Positions 1 to 8,295 of a DNA stretch of 64,000 bases are shown here, in pieces. Below the pieces are notes generated by a model. The model was not told the origin of the DNA, made no database searches, and worked only from the letters and a program-made list of their open reading frames with translations. A program made the position numbers and the translations under genes. This DNA is from Armatimonadota bacterium (lineage in GTDB: Bacteria > Armatimonadota > UBA10988). Numbering within the stretch: the first letter of the stretch is position 1; the number at the start of each line of letters is the position of its first letter. The stretch covers positions 19,775-83,774 of the forward strand of contig JACRKZ010000069.1 in assembly GCA_016235455.1 (NCBI GenBank). Reading direction: 5' to 3'.

Positions 1-356
1 TCGCCCAGGAGGTCGCCGCCTTCGGCATCGGCGTGACCATCGTGGAGCCCGGCGGCGCCCGCACCGAGTTCCGTCGCGGCGGCGTGCGGCCACCCGAACT
101 CCTGCCCGCGTACGCCGACACGCCGGCACACAGCTTCCTGAAGTTCCTCGATCCCGCCAGCGGCCCGGCCGCGGGTGACCCGGCCCGCATGGCCGCGCGT
201 ATCATCGAGAGCGTCGACACAGAGCCGGCGCCACTGCGCCTGGTGCTCGGCTCACAGGCGCTGGCGCGGACGATAGAGACGTTGCGCGCGCGGATCGCCG
301 GCTTTGAGGCGCAGGCCGAGATCGCCGCCTCGACCGACTACCCGCCTGGGGAGTGA
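1..356 (+). CDS. Short-chain dehydrogenase/reductase (SDR), C-terminal fragment; the 5' end lies outside the window
   Basis: The frame is open from the window edge. The translation AQEVAAFGIGVTIVEPGGARTEF resembles the conserved SDR segment downstream of the catalytic YxxxK. Stop at 354-356. Confidence 0.7.
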   Translation, partial: AQEVAAFGIGVTIVEPGGARTEFRRGGVRPPELLPAYADTPAHSFLKFLDPASGPAAGDPARMAARIIESVDTEPAPLRLVLGSQALARTIETLRARIAGFEAQAEIAASTDYPPGE

Positions 357-500
357 GGGCGCTGGCGGCCGGAGCCAAGCGGGGCGTGCGCTACCCGAGC
401 GGTTCTCTCGGTCGTCGCAGCGCGGGCGCGGTACAATCGTGTGATGCCATCTGGCCGGCCCCCTGACCGAGTGGGTGCGGTATAGAGACGAGGTGCCGTG

Positions 501-1115
501 ATGCTATTCGTGGGCTTCGACCCAGGTGGCAAGAACGCGTTTGGCTGGGCCGTGCTGACCACGGGCATGGACGGCGAGCCGCGGTCGCTGGTCACCGGCT
601 GCTGCGACACAGCCCCGGCGGCGTTCGGCGGCGCTGCCGGGTCGCTGGCGGCGGCGCCCGCTGCCGTGGGCATCGATGCGCCGCTGTTCTGGGTTGAGGC
701 TGGCGACCGCCGGGCCGACCAGACCGTACGCCGCGCGGTCATCGCCCACGGCGGGCACAACGGGACAGTCGGTGCCGTCAACTCGTTGCAGGGAGCCTGT
801 CTGGTTCAGGGTATCCTGGTCGCACGCCACGTTCATGGCACCTGGCCTGCCGTGCCTGTGACCGAGGCGCACCCCAAGGCTCTCCTGCGAGTCGACCCAG
901 CGTCAGCGACCACGATCTCGCGGCTGATGCCCGAGTTCGACAACCCGCGCCGCGAGCACGAGCGCGATGCCGCGCTGGCGGCCTACACTGCCGTCGGATG
1001 CTTGCTGGCGCGCCCGGGCTGGCGCGACTTGGCGCTGGCCGAGGATGGGCCGTTCTTCCCAGCTGGCAGACCGGTGTCCTACTGGTTCCCGTACGCCGCG
1101 GCGAGTCTTCCTTAG
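501..1115 (+). CDS. DUF429-like / RNase H-fold protein (tentative)
   Basis: ATG at 501 lies 5 nt after GAGGTG (490-495). The N-terminus LFVGFDPGGKNAFGWAVL and the C-terminal EHERDAALAAYTA resemble DUF429/RuvC-like fold proteins. High GC3. Confidence 0.45.
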   Translation: MLFVGFDPGGKNAFGWAVLTTGMDGEPRSLVTGCCDTAPAAFGGAAGSLAAAPAAVGIDAPLFWVEAGDRRADQTVRRAVIAHGGHNGTVGAVNSLQGACLVQGILVARHVHGTWPAVPVTEAHPKALLRVDPASATTISRLMPEFDNPRREHERDAALAAYTAVGCLLARPGWRDLALAEDGPFFPAGRPVSYWFPYAAASLP

Positions 1116-1175
1116 CCGACGGCCCCAGGCAGGGATCGGTGTGGACGCAGCCAATGTCCGGTCCCGGAGGCACCC

Positions 1176-2101
1176 ATGACCATGCTCGCCCTGCTGCTCA
1201 GCGTCGCCGCGCCGGCCGACGACAGCGTCTACCTGTTCAGCTCGTTCCGTGGCAACGGCGAGGACGGGCTGCACCTGGCCTGGAGCGAGGACGGGCTCAA
1301 ATGGACCGCGCTGGGCGGCGATAAGTCGTATCTGAAGCCTGCCGCCGGTCAGGACAATCTGATGCGCGACCCCTGTCTGCTGCTCGGCCCGGACGGCGTG
1401 TTCCGCTTGACCTGGACCACCGGTTGGCGCGACAAGACCGTGGGCTATGCCGCCAGCCGCGATCTGCTGACCTGGACGCCGCAGAAGGGCATCCCCGTCA
1501 TGGCTCACGAGCCCGAGGTGCGCAATGTCTGGGCGCCCGAGATGTTCTACGACGCCGCGACCAGCGAGTACGTCATCCTCTGGGCCAGCACCATCCCCGG
1601 CCGTTACCCGCAAGGCGAGCAGGCCGGCGACGATGGCTACAACCACCGCATGTACTGCACCACGACCACCGCATGTACTGCACCACGACCCGCGACTTCG
1701 AGACGTTCGCGCCCACCCGGCTGCTGTACGACGGCGGGTTCAACGTGATCGACGCGACGCTGCTGACCAGCGGCGGCAAGTACTACATGATCCTCAAGGA
1801 CGAGACGCGCACGCCGCCGGCGAAGAACCTGCGCATCGCGGTGGCCGACAAGGCGACCGGCCCATACGGACCCGCGGGCGTGCCGTTCACCGAGGGCTGG
1901 GTCGAAGGCCCGTCGGTCATCCGGTCGGGCGAGTGGTGGGTGGTCTACTACGACTGCTACACGCGGCACCGCTATGGCGCGCGCCGCAGCCGCGACCTGG
2001 TCAACTGGGAAGATATCAGCGACCAGCTTAGCTTCCCCGGCGACACACGCCATGGCACGGTGCTGCGGGTGCCACGCAAGATCGTCGACGCGCTGCGCTG
2101 A
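1176..2101 (+). pseudogene. GH43-like glycoside hydrolase interrupted by a 23-bp tandem duplication (frameshift)
   Basis: Track ORFs 1176..1748 and 1424..2101 both encode HRMYCTTT at the junction. GH43-type motifs RDP, WAPE, IDA and VEGP are present. Removing one repeat copy gives one 903-nt ORF. GGAGG RBS at 1163-1167. Confidence 0.8.
1642..1687 (+). repeat. Perfect 23-bp tandem duplication (ACCACCGCATGTACTGCACCACG x2)
   Basis: Read directly: copy 1 is 1642-1664 and copy 2 is 1665-1687, identical. Confidence 0.95.
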
Positions 2102-2105
2102 GCGG

Positions 2106-2343
2106 GTTCGTTGTGCCGGCTTGGGTCGAACGGCGCTTCCATTGGTCGGTCACTGCCGCTGGTGCGGGTACGCCAAGCTCCAGATTGGCATCGGCCGGAG
2201 GCGAAGCCGCAGGTCGACATCGCGGCAGCCCGGCGGCCAACGGTGGTCCTGCGGACCACTGCCAATCTGGAGATTGGCGTACCGGCGATAGCGCTTGGAG
2301 TCCGGTGTGGGAGCGCCATGCCGACCAGGCCGGGACCACGAAC
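2106..2343. repeat. Nested imperfect palindromic intergenic element
   Basis: Inner arms 2169-2190 (TACGCCAAGCTCCAGATTGGCA) and 2260-2281 are reverse complements with 1 mismatch in 22. Outer arms 2106-2124 and 2325-2343 match at 16 of 19. The element lies between convergent gene ends (2101 and 2370). Confidence 0.75.
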
Positions 2344-2369
2344 GAGAACACGGTCCCGCTGCGCCGCGC

Positions 2370-3341
2370 CTAACGGATCGACGTGGCCAGCCGGCGCAGT
2401 TGCCGTTCGGGCAGGTCGCCGATGACCACCCATTCGCGGTCGGGCCGACTGACCGTGGCCACGTTGGCCTGCTCTCCGCTCTGCATCAGGCACGGGCCAT
2501 CATTGCCGCCGCGGAACTGTCGGCCGCGCCCCATGCCGCGGTCGAACAGAGTGACGACGTTGAGCCCATCGGAGAAAGTAGCTACCGGCCGCAGCCGGCC
2601 GCTGCGCGCGGTGCGGGCGAAGTAGCCGTGCAGCGTGTAACCCGCCGGCAGCCAGGTGGGCAGCGGCATGGCCTCACCCAGCAGTTCGGCCATCTGGCGC
2701 GCGTCGGTCAGCGCCGTCAGGTCAGCCAGCGGGTACTCATGTACGGGCTGGCTCGACCGGGGCAGGTCGATAGTCGGCCGTGCGGCGAGGTCGAGTTCGC
2801 CCACCTGCGTCGTGGCCAGCAGCACCCCACGGTGGTTGCGCTGCTCGGACCGCAGGATCAGGCCGTTCTCCGCGTCCAGCCACAGCCGCCGGGCCAGATT
2901 GCCGCGATGGCGCGGGCGAAGGTCGAGGCGCACACACCGTCGACCGGCGACCGGTTCGGCCTTGGCCAGCACGATCAGGTAGTTGGCGGCGATGCGCGTC
3001 AGGTCGCGCTCATCGAGGTCCAGCCCCGGCGCGGCGGGCAAGGCCCGGCTGGTCCAGGCGCCTTGGCCCTGCCGCCGCCATTCGGCCTGACCGGCGGCGA
3101 TGACTTCCAGTGCACGACACGGGCCGTCCAGGTGCACGCGCCGCTGCCGGCCACGGCCGTCCGCCTCAACGGCGACGCTGGCCAGGGCGCCCGCGGCCGA
3201 CAGGTGGAGTTGCCCGCGCCAGGCGACGGTGCGCTCGGCGCGAGCCGCGGCCCGCAGCCAGCCCAGGCCGGACAGTGACGAGCCACCGCCGCAGCCGGCC
3301 AGCCACAGAGTCGCGAGCAGCGCCAGCAGCAGGCGCTTCAC
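2370..3341 (-). CDS. MucB/RseB-like periplasmic lipoprotein (sigma-E-type regulatory protein)
   Basis: GTG at 3341 is preceded by AGGAGG with a 7-nt spacer and overlaps the anti-sigma stop (GTGA). Lipobox LLATLWLAGCGG. It is the last gene of the ECF module. The rest of track ORF 2370..3683 is an Arg-rich shadow. Confidence 0.6.
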   Translation of the reverse strand: MKRLLLALLATLWLAGCGGGSSLSGLGWLRAAARAERTVAWRGQLHLSAAGALASVAVEADGRGRQRRVHLDGPCRALEVIAAGQAEWRRQGQGAWTSRALPAAPGLDLDERDLTRIAANYLIVLAKAEPVAGRRCVRLDLRPRHRGNLARRLWLDAENGLILRSEQRNHRGVLLATTQVGELDLAARPTIDLPRSSQPVHEYPLADLTALTDARQMAELLGEAMPLPTWLPAGYTLHGYFARTARSGRLRPVATFSDGLNVVTLFDRGMGRGRQFRGGNDGPCLMQSGEQANVATVSRPDREWVVIGDLPERQLRRLATSIR

Positions 3342-3787
3342 GGGCCGACCTCCTGGGTGGTGGCGGTCGCCGTGAGCAGGTCGCCCAGCGCGCCGTTGGC
3401 CAATGGGCCGCGGTTGGCCAGCCGTTGGTGCTGGCCGAGAAACTCCGATGCCGGCGCGGCTGGCATCGTGCGCGGCCAGACCAGCACAACCGCCAGCACG
3501 GCCATGGCGGCCGCGGCGCCGCCCACCCAGGCCAAGCTCAACCGCGTGCGCGGCAGCGGCAGCCGCGTGTTGGCGGCCAGACGCGCCTCGATGCCGGCCC
3601 ACAGCTCGGGCCGGGCGCCGGCGCCGGACGCGGAATCGAGCAGCGCGCCGACCGAGCGCAACGCAGCCAGTTCGGCCCGGCACGCGGAGCAGCGCGGCAG
3701 ATGCGCGCCGACCGACGCGCGTCGGCGCGCCGACAGCGCGTCCGCGTCGTAGGCGGCCAGGTGTCGGCGAACGCCACGGCAGTTCAT
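3338..3787 (-). CDS. Anti-sigma factor, zf-HC2 type, single transmembrane segment
   Basis: HLPRCSAC matches the H-x3-C-x2-C zinc motif. Central hydrophobic helix WVGGAAAAMAVLAVVLVW. The ATG lies 1 nt downstream of the ECF sigma stop. Confidence 0.8.
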   Translation of the reverse strand: MNCRGVRRHLAAYDADALSARRRASVGAHLPRCSACRAELAALRSVGALLDSASGAGARPELWAGIEARLAANTRLPLPRTRLSLAWVGGAAAAMAVLAVVLVWPRTMPAAPASEFLGQHQRLANRGPLANGALGDLLTATATTQEVGP

Positions 3788-3788
3788 C

Positions 3789-4310
3789 TCAGCTCTCCAT
3801 CCACGGGCTCAACCGGCGCCTCAGCGCCTCTCGCCCACGGCCCAATCTCGACTTGACGGTGCCCACTCGCACGCTCAGCGCCTCGGCGATGGCGGTGACT
3901 TCCAGACCCTCGAAATGGTGCAGCACGATGACCGCGCGCTGGTCGGGCGGTAGGGTCGCCACGGCGGCGCGGATGGCGGCGTCCAGCTCCTCGCGCAGCA
4001 GTCGGCTGGCCGGATCAGCGCGTGGGTCGGCCCGCTCGAAGGTGGCCTCGTCATCGGTCAGCACCTCCGTTGCGCGCGCCGCCTGGTCGCGCACCAGGTT
4101 GCTGCCGATCTGGAACAGCCAGCCCCGGAAGGCGGCGTCCTCTCGCAGTCGGGGCAGCGCGGTCAGGGCGCGGGCGAAGGTCTCTTGGGTCAGGTCATCA
4201 GCCCGGCTCACGTCCCGCGTCATGTGCAGCAGGTAGTGGCGCAGGCCTGGGTGCAATACCTCGAACAACCGCTGTCGCGCAACGCGGTCGCCGCCGCGGG
4301 CCGGTGCCAC
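3789..4310 (-). CDS. ECF (group 4) sigma-70 family RNA polymerase sigma factor; start uncertain
   Basis: Region 2 DDLTQETFARA and region 4 LPPDQRAVIVLHHFEGLEVTAIAEALSVRVGTVKSRL are present. GTG at 4310 is the first usable in-frame start after the upstream gene ends at 4367. The track extension to 4601 overlaps that gene. Confidence 0.85.
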   Translation of the reverse strand: MAPARGGDRVARQRLFEVLHPGLRHYLLHMTRDVSRADDLTQETFARALTALPRLREDAAFRGWLFQIGSNLVRDQAARATEVLTDDEATFERADPRADPASRLLREELDAAIRAAVATLPPDQRAVIVLHHFEGLEVTAIAEALSVRVGTVKSRLGRGREALRRRLSPWMES

Positions 4311-4366
4311 GAAGGGCAGCCAGGCCTCGCGCGGCGGCGAACCATGTTGCGCACTCGAACCGACGC

Positions 4367-4927
4367 TTAGTTTGTCGGCTGGTTGGGGCAAACGCCACCG
4401 TTCCCTTGACCGCCGCCACGACGCATGCCACGGCCCATGCCCTGGCCCTGGCCCATACCGGCGCCTCGGCCCATGCCACGGCCCATGCCCATGCCCTGGC
4501 CACCGGCCATGCCGCACTGACCACGGCCTTGGCCCATGCCCATGCCCATGCCGCACTGGCCCATGCCACACTGGCCGGAGCCGCACGGGCCCATGCCGCA
4601 TTGGCCGGGGCCGGGGCAGGTGCCGCCGTTGGACAGGTAGGCATCGCGTTCGGCAGCGGTCTTGGCCGCCAACTGCGCGCGCAGTCCGTCGACCTCCTGG
4701 GCCTTGGCCTCAAGCGCCGAGGCGTCGGCGTTGGGGTCGGCATTGAGCTGCGCCAGCGCCTGCACGGCGGTCATGGTCTGGCTGCGCAAGCTGGCCAGTT
4801 CGGGGCTCTGCCAGACCGGACCCGCGACGCGCGGGCCGCTGCCCGCGGCGGCGGTGCTGACGGCGCTCTGCGCCATGGCCACGCCGACGATCGCCAGCAA
4901 GACGGCGATCCCGAAGTACTTCTTCAT
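4367..4927 (-). CDS. Secreted helical Spy/CpxP/ZraP-like protein with a Gly/Met/Cys-rich C-terminal tail
   Basis: ATG at 4927 with an AAGGAG RBS. Signal peptide MKKYFGIAVLLAIVGVAMAQSA. Ala/Gln-rich helical core, then a GQCGMG/GMGRG repeat tail. It is the first gene of the ECF operon. Confidence 0.55.
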   Translation of the reverse strand: MKKYFGIAVLLAIVGVAMAQSAVSTAAAGSGPRVAGPVWQSPELASLRSQTMTAVQALAQLNADPNADASALEAKAQEVDGLRAQLAAKTAAERDAYLSNGGTCPGPGQCGMGPCGSGQCGMGQCGMGMGMGQGRGQCGMAGGQGMGMGRGMGRGAGMGQGQGMGRGMRRGGGQGNGGVCPNQPTN

Positions 4928-4964
4928 CGGATGGACTCCTTGGTGGTTGCCCACTGTGAAAGGG

Positions 4965-4989
4965 GACGGACGAGCCTGCATCGCGTTCC
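4965..4989 (-). promoter_or_regulatory. Candidate ECF-type promoter GGAAC-N16-CGTC
   Basis: The minus strand reads GGGAAC gcgatgcaggctcgtc CGTC, with GGAAC at 4989-4985 and CGTC at 4968-4965. It sits about 35 nt upstream of the first gene of the ECF operon. Confidence 0.45.
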
Positions 4990-5293
4990 CTCTGATTCTG
5001 CCACGTCGCGCGCGGGTCAACCAGCGCGGATTCGGCGCTAACCCTGCGAGCCCTCGCCGTGGTACTCTGAGGGGGTGCTATGACGGGTCTACCGTGGCCG
5101 ATTGGTCGCGCGGACAAGCACCACCCCCTTGGCATGGAACACCGGGGTGCTTGCTCGCTGTCGAACGCTATGGCTGGCCCGAGGACGCGTTCTCTGTTGT
5201 CTGGCGCGGGGAGGAATCTGGACCGCTCCGCCGAACGCGTCCTGGCCGGGAATACCGCGGCCAGCAACCACCAGCGATGGTGGGGAGTTAGAT

Positions 5294-6670
5294 ATGACAT
5301 TCGAACCAACGCGACGTGAATTCATCGGCAGCGCCGCCGTGGCGGGCCTGGCCTTCTGGGCTGGTGGCAGCGCTTCCGCGGCACCTGGCAAGAACGACAA
5401 GCTCAAGGTTGCGCACATCGGTGTCGGCGGCAAGGGCGGCAGCGACACGATCGACCTGGCCAACGGCAACATCACCCTGGCCATCTGCGACATCGACAAG
5501 GGTCGCCTGGCCAACATGGCCAAGGAACTCGAGAACCGCGGACAGAAGGACTTCAAGCTCTACACCGACTACCGCAGGATGTTCGATGAGGTCAAGGGTC
5601 TCGACGCGGTGAACGTCAGCACTCCCGACCATCACCATGCGGTGGCCGGCATGCACGCCCTGACCCGCGACATCGCCGTCTTCGTGCAGAAGCCGTTCGC
5701 GCACACCATCTATGAGTGCCGCCTGATGACCACTGTGGCCCGCCAGCGCAAGCTGGCCAGCCAGATGGGCAACCAGGGCACCTCCAATGGCGTGTTGCGC
5801 GAAGGCGTCGAGGTCATCCAGTCGGGCGCCATCGGCAAGGTCAAGGAACTGCACGTCTGGACCAACCGCCCGGTGTGGCCTCAGGGCATCGACCGGCCGG
5901 CCGGCGAGGACGCCGTTCCCGAGAACGTCGACTGGGAGTGCTGGATCGGACCGGCGCCGATGCGGCCATTCAAGGCCAACCGCGCCTACCACGACTTCAA
6001 CTGGCGTGGCTGGTATGACTTCGGGTGCGGCGCACTGGGCGACATGGCCTGCCACACGCTCAACCTGCCGTGCCTCGGTCTCGAGCTGGGCTACCCGACG
6101 CGGTTCTGGCTCGATAGCTCCTCGGAACTCAAGAAAGAGACCTTCCCCAGCTGGGAGATCATCAAGTACGAGTTCCCCGAGCGCAAGAGCAAGCACTCGG
6201 GCGAGATGCTGCCGGCCCTGAACATGACCTGGTACGACGGCAACAAGAAGCCCGCCAAGGAGCTCTTCCCCGACGGCAAGGTGCCCAACACCGGCTGCCT
6301 GCTCATCGGCGACCAGGGCTGCCTGGTCAGCGACGGCGACTACGGCACCAGCTACAAGCTGCTCGACGAGGCCAAGTTCAAGGACTACGAGCCGCCCAAG
6401 CCGTGGATTGCCCGCTCGCCGGGCCATATGCGCGAGTTCACCGACATGGTCCGCGGCGGCGCCCCGGCCATGAGCAACTTCGAGTACTCGGGCTTCTTGT
6501 CGGAAGTCGTTCTGGCCGGCTGCCTGGCCACGCACACGACTAAGAAGATCGAGTGGGACGGCCCCAACATGGTGGCCAAGAACGCGCCCGAACTCGCCGG
6601 CCTGATCGACAAGACCTATCGCCCCGGTTGGGAACTGCCGGGCCGCAGTGAGATGAAGAAGGGCCAGTAG
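5294..6670 (+). CDS. Tat-signal Gfo/Idh/MocA family oxidoreductase, paralog 1
   Basis: ATG at 5294 after GGGGAG. Twin-arginine leader TRREFIGSAAVAGLAFWAGGSASA. Rossmann segment KVAHIGVGGKGG, plus STPDHHH and a Gfo/Idh/MocA C-terminal domain. Confidence 0.85.
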   Translation: MTFEPTRREFIGSAAVAGLAFWAGGSASAAPGKNDKLKVAHIGVGGKGGSDTIDLANGNITLAICDIDKGRLANMAKELENRGQKDFKLYTDYRRMFDEVKGLDAVNVSTPDHHHAVAGMHALTRDIAVFVQKPFAHTIYECRLMTTVARQRKLASQMGNQGTSNGVLREGVEVIQSGAIGKVKELHVWTNRPVWPQGIDRPAGEDAVPENVDWECWIGPAPMRPFKANRAYHDFNWRGWYDFGCGALGDMACHTLNLPCLGLELGYPTRFWLDSSSELKKETFPSWEIIKYEFPERKSKHSGEMLPALNMTWYDGNKKPAKELFPDGKVPNTGCLLIGDQGCLVSDGDYGTSYKLLDEAKFKDYEPPKPWIARSPGHMREFTDMVRGGAPAMSNFEYSGFLSEVVLAGCLATHTTKKIEWDGPNMVAKNAPELAGLIDKTYRPGWELPGRSEMKKGQ

Positions 6671-6683
6671 CTCTTCGCCACGA

Positions 6684-6722
6684 CACGACCGGAGTCACGC
6701 TGTCTGGGTGACTCCGGTCGTG
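6684..6722 (+). terminator. Hairpin after paralog 1 (15-bp perfect stem, 9-nt loop)
   Basis: CACGACCGGAGTCAC (6684-6698) pairs with GTGACTCCGGTCGTG (6708-6722), followed by cccgTTTc. Confidence 0.55.
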
Positions 6723-6761
6723 CCCGTTTCGGAACATCGCATCCTGGAGGAAATCATCGCA

Positions 6762-8201
6762 ATGGCGACGACACGACGTGAATTCCTTGGCACCAGCGCG
6801 GTTGCCGGTCTGGCCTTCTGGGCTGCCGGCAGCGCGTCGGCCAAGCCATCCGGCAACGACAAGCTCAAGGTCGCCCACATTGGTGTGGGTGGCAAGGGCG
6901 GCAGCGACACCATCGACCTGGCCAACGGCAACATCACCCTGGCGCTCTGCGACATCGACAAGGGCCGTCTGGCCTCGATGGCCAAGGAGCTCGAGGCGCG
7001 GGGGCAGAAGGACTTCAAGCTCTACACCGACTACCGCAAGATGCTCGACGAGGTCAAGGGCCTCGACGCGGTCAACGTCAGCACGCCCGACCACACTCAC
7101 GCCCCCGCCGCCATGCAGGCCATGGTGCGCGACATTGCGGTGTTCGTGCAGAAGCCGTTTGCCCATACCATCTATGAGTGCCGGCTGATGACCACCACCG
7201 CGCGCGAGCGCAAGTTGGCCAGCCAGATGGGCAACCAGGGCACGTCCAGCGGCATGCTGCGCGAGGCCGTCGAGGTCGTCCAGTCGGGCGCCATCGGCAA
7301 GGTCAAGGAACTGCACGTCTGGACCAACCGCCCGGTCTGGCCCCAGGGCATCGACCGCCCGGCCGGCCAGGATCCCATTCCCGACAACCTCGATTGGGAG
7401 TCGTGGATCGGCGCGGCGCCCATGCGCCCCTACAAGGCCGGCGTGTACCACGACTTCAAGTGGCGCGGCTGGTACGATTTCGGCTGCGGCGCGCTCGGCG
7501 ACATGGCCTGCCATACGCTGAACCTGCCGTTGTGGGCGCTGGAACTCGGCTATCCCACGCGCTTCTGGCGCGAGGACAGCTCCGAACTCAAGCCCGAGAC
7601 CTTCCCCAACTGGGAAATCCTCAAGTACGAGTTCCCCGAGCGCGTCAGCAAGCACACGGGCGAGATGCTGCCGCCGGTCACCATGACCTGGTACGACGGC
7701 GACGACGGCCACAAGCATGTGCCGGCCAAGGAACTCTTCCCCGACGGCAACGTGCCGCGCACCGGCTCGCTGCTCATCGGCGACAAGGGCGTGCTGGTCT
7801 CTGGTGGCGACTACGGCGGCGACTACAAGCTGCTGCCCGAGCCGACCTTCAAGAGCTACGAGCCGCCCAAGCCGTGGATCCCGCGCTCGCCGGGCCACAT
7901 GCGCGAGTTCACCGACATGGTCAAGGGTGGCGCGCCGGCCATGAGCAACTTCGAGTATGCCGGCTTCCTGTCGGAAGTGGTCCTGGCTGGCTGCCTGGCC
8001 CTGCACACCGACAAGAAGATCGACTGGGACGGCCCCAACATGGTGGCCAAGAACGCGCCCGAAGTCGCTCACTTCATCGACAAGCCCTATCGCCCCGGCT
8101 ACGAGCTGGTCGGCCGCGAGTTGCTTGACGCCAAGCTCGCCGCGGGCCGTGCCGCCGCCGGCGCGGGCGCGCGCCACATTCCGACCTACACCATCAAGTA
8201 G
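6762..8201 (+). CDS. Tat-signal Gfo/Idh/MocA family oxidoreductase, paralog 2
   Basis: ATG at 6762 after GGAGG (6746-6750). Leader MATTRREFLGTSAVAGLAFWAAGSASA. Collinear with paralogs 1 and 3. Confidence 0.85.
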   Translation: MATTRREFLGTSAVAGLAFWAAGSASAKPSGNDKLKVAHIGVGGKGGSDTIDLANGNITLALCDIDKGRLASMAKELEARGQKDFKLYTDYRKMLDEVKGLDAVNVSTPDHTHAPAAMQAMVRDIAVFVQKPFAHTIYECRLMTTTARERKLASQMGNQGTSSGMLREAVEVVQSGAIGKVKELHVWTNRPVWPQGIDRPAGQDPIPDNLDWESWIGAAPMRPYKAGVYHDFKWRGWYDFGCGALGDMACHTLNLPLWALELGYPTRFWREDSSELKPETFPNWEILKYEFPERVSKHTGEMLPPVTMTWYDGDDGHKHVPAKELFPDGNVPRTGSLLIGDKGVLVSGGDYGGDYKLLPEPTFKSYEPPKPWIPRSPGHMREFTDMVKGGAPAMSNFEYAGFLSEVVLAGCLALHTDKKIDWDGPNMVAKNAPEVAHFIDKPYRPGYELVGRELLDAKLAAGRAAAGAGARHIPTYTIK

Positions 8202-8226
8202 GACCTCTCGGTTCGCTGGCGAAACA

Positions 8227-8260
8227 GAGGCCCAGGCTGACCACGGTCGGCCTGGGCCTC
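8227..8260 (+). terminator. Hairpin after paralog 2 (11-bp stem)
   Basis: GAGGCCCAGGC (8227-8237) pairs with GCCTGGGCCTC (8250-8260), followed by gcctgTTg. Confidence 0.45.
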
Positions 8261-8295
8261 GCCTGTTGCGGGGCCCGCTGGAGGGTACCCGCGAC

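Noticed and set aside
4311-4601. N-terminal His/Gly/Pro-rich extension of the ECF sigma track ORF (start at 4601)
   Set aside because: It overlaps the 3' end of the Spy/CpxP-like gene in another frame. Sigma region 2 begins only after 4310, and a GTG at 4310 is available.
4370-4640. Periodic short repeats that might suggest a CRISPR-like or satellite array. The same applies to 37290..37560 and 56729..57015.
   Set aside because: The repeats are 6-18 nt, imperfect and in frame within ORFs. They encode Gly/Met/Cys, Ala/Pro and Glu/Pro low-complexity tails, and there is no repeat-spacer architecture.
5100-5150. Sigma-54-like TGGCAT...TGCTT string upstream of oxidoreductase paralog 1
   Set aside because: The GG and GC dinucleotides are not at the required 12-nt register, so this is more likely just an 8-bp hairpin (CAAGCACC...GGTGCTTG).
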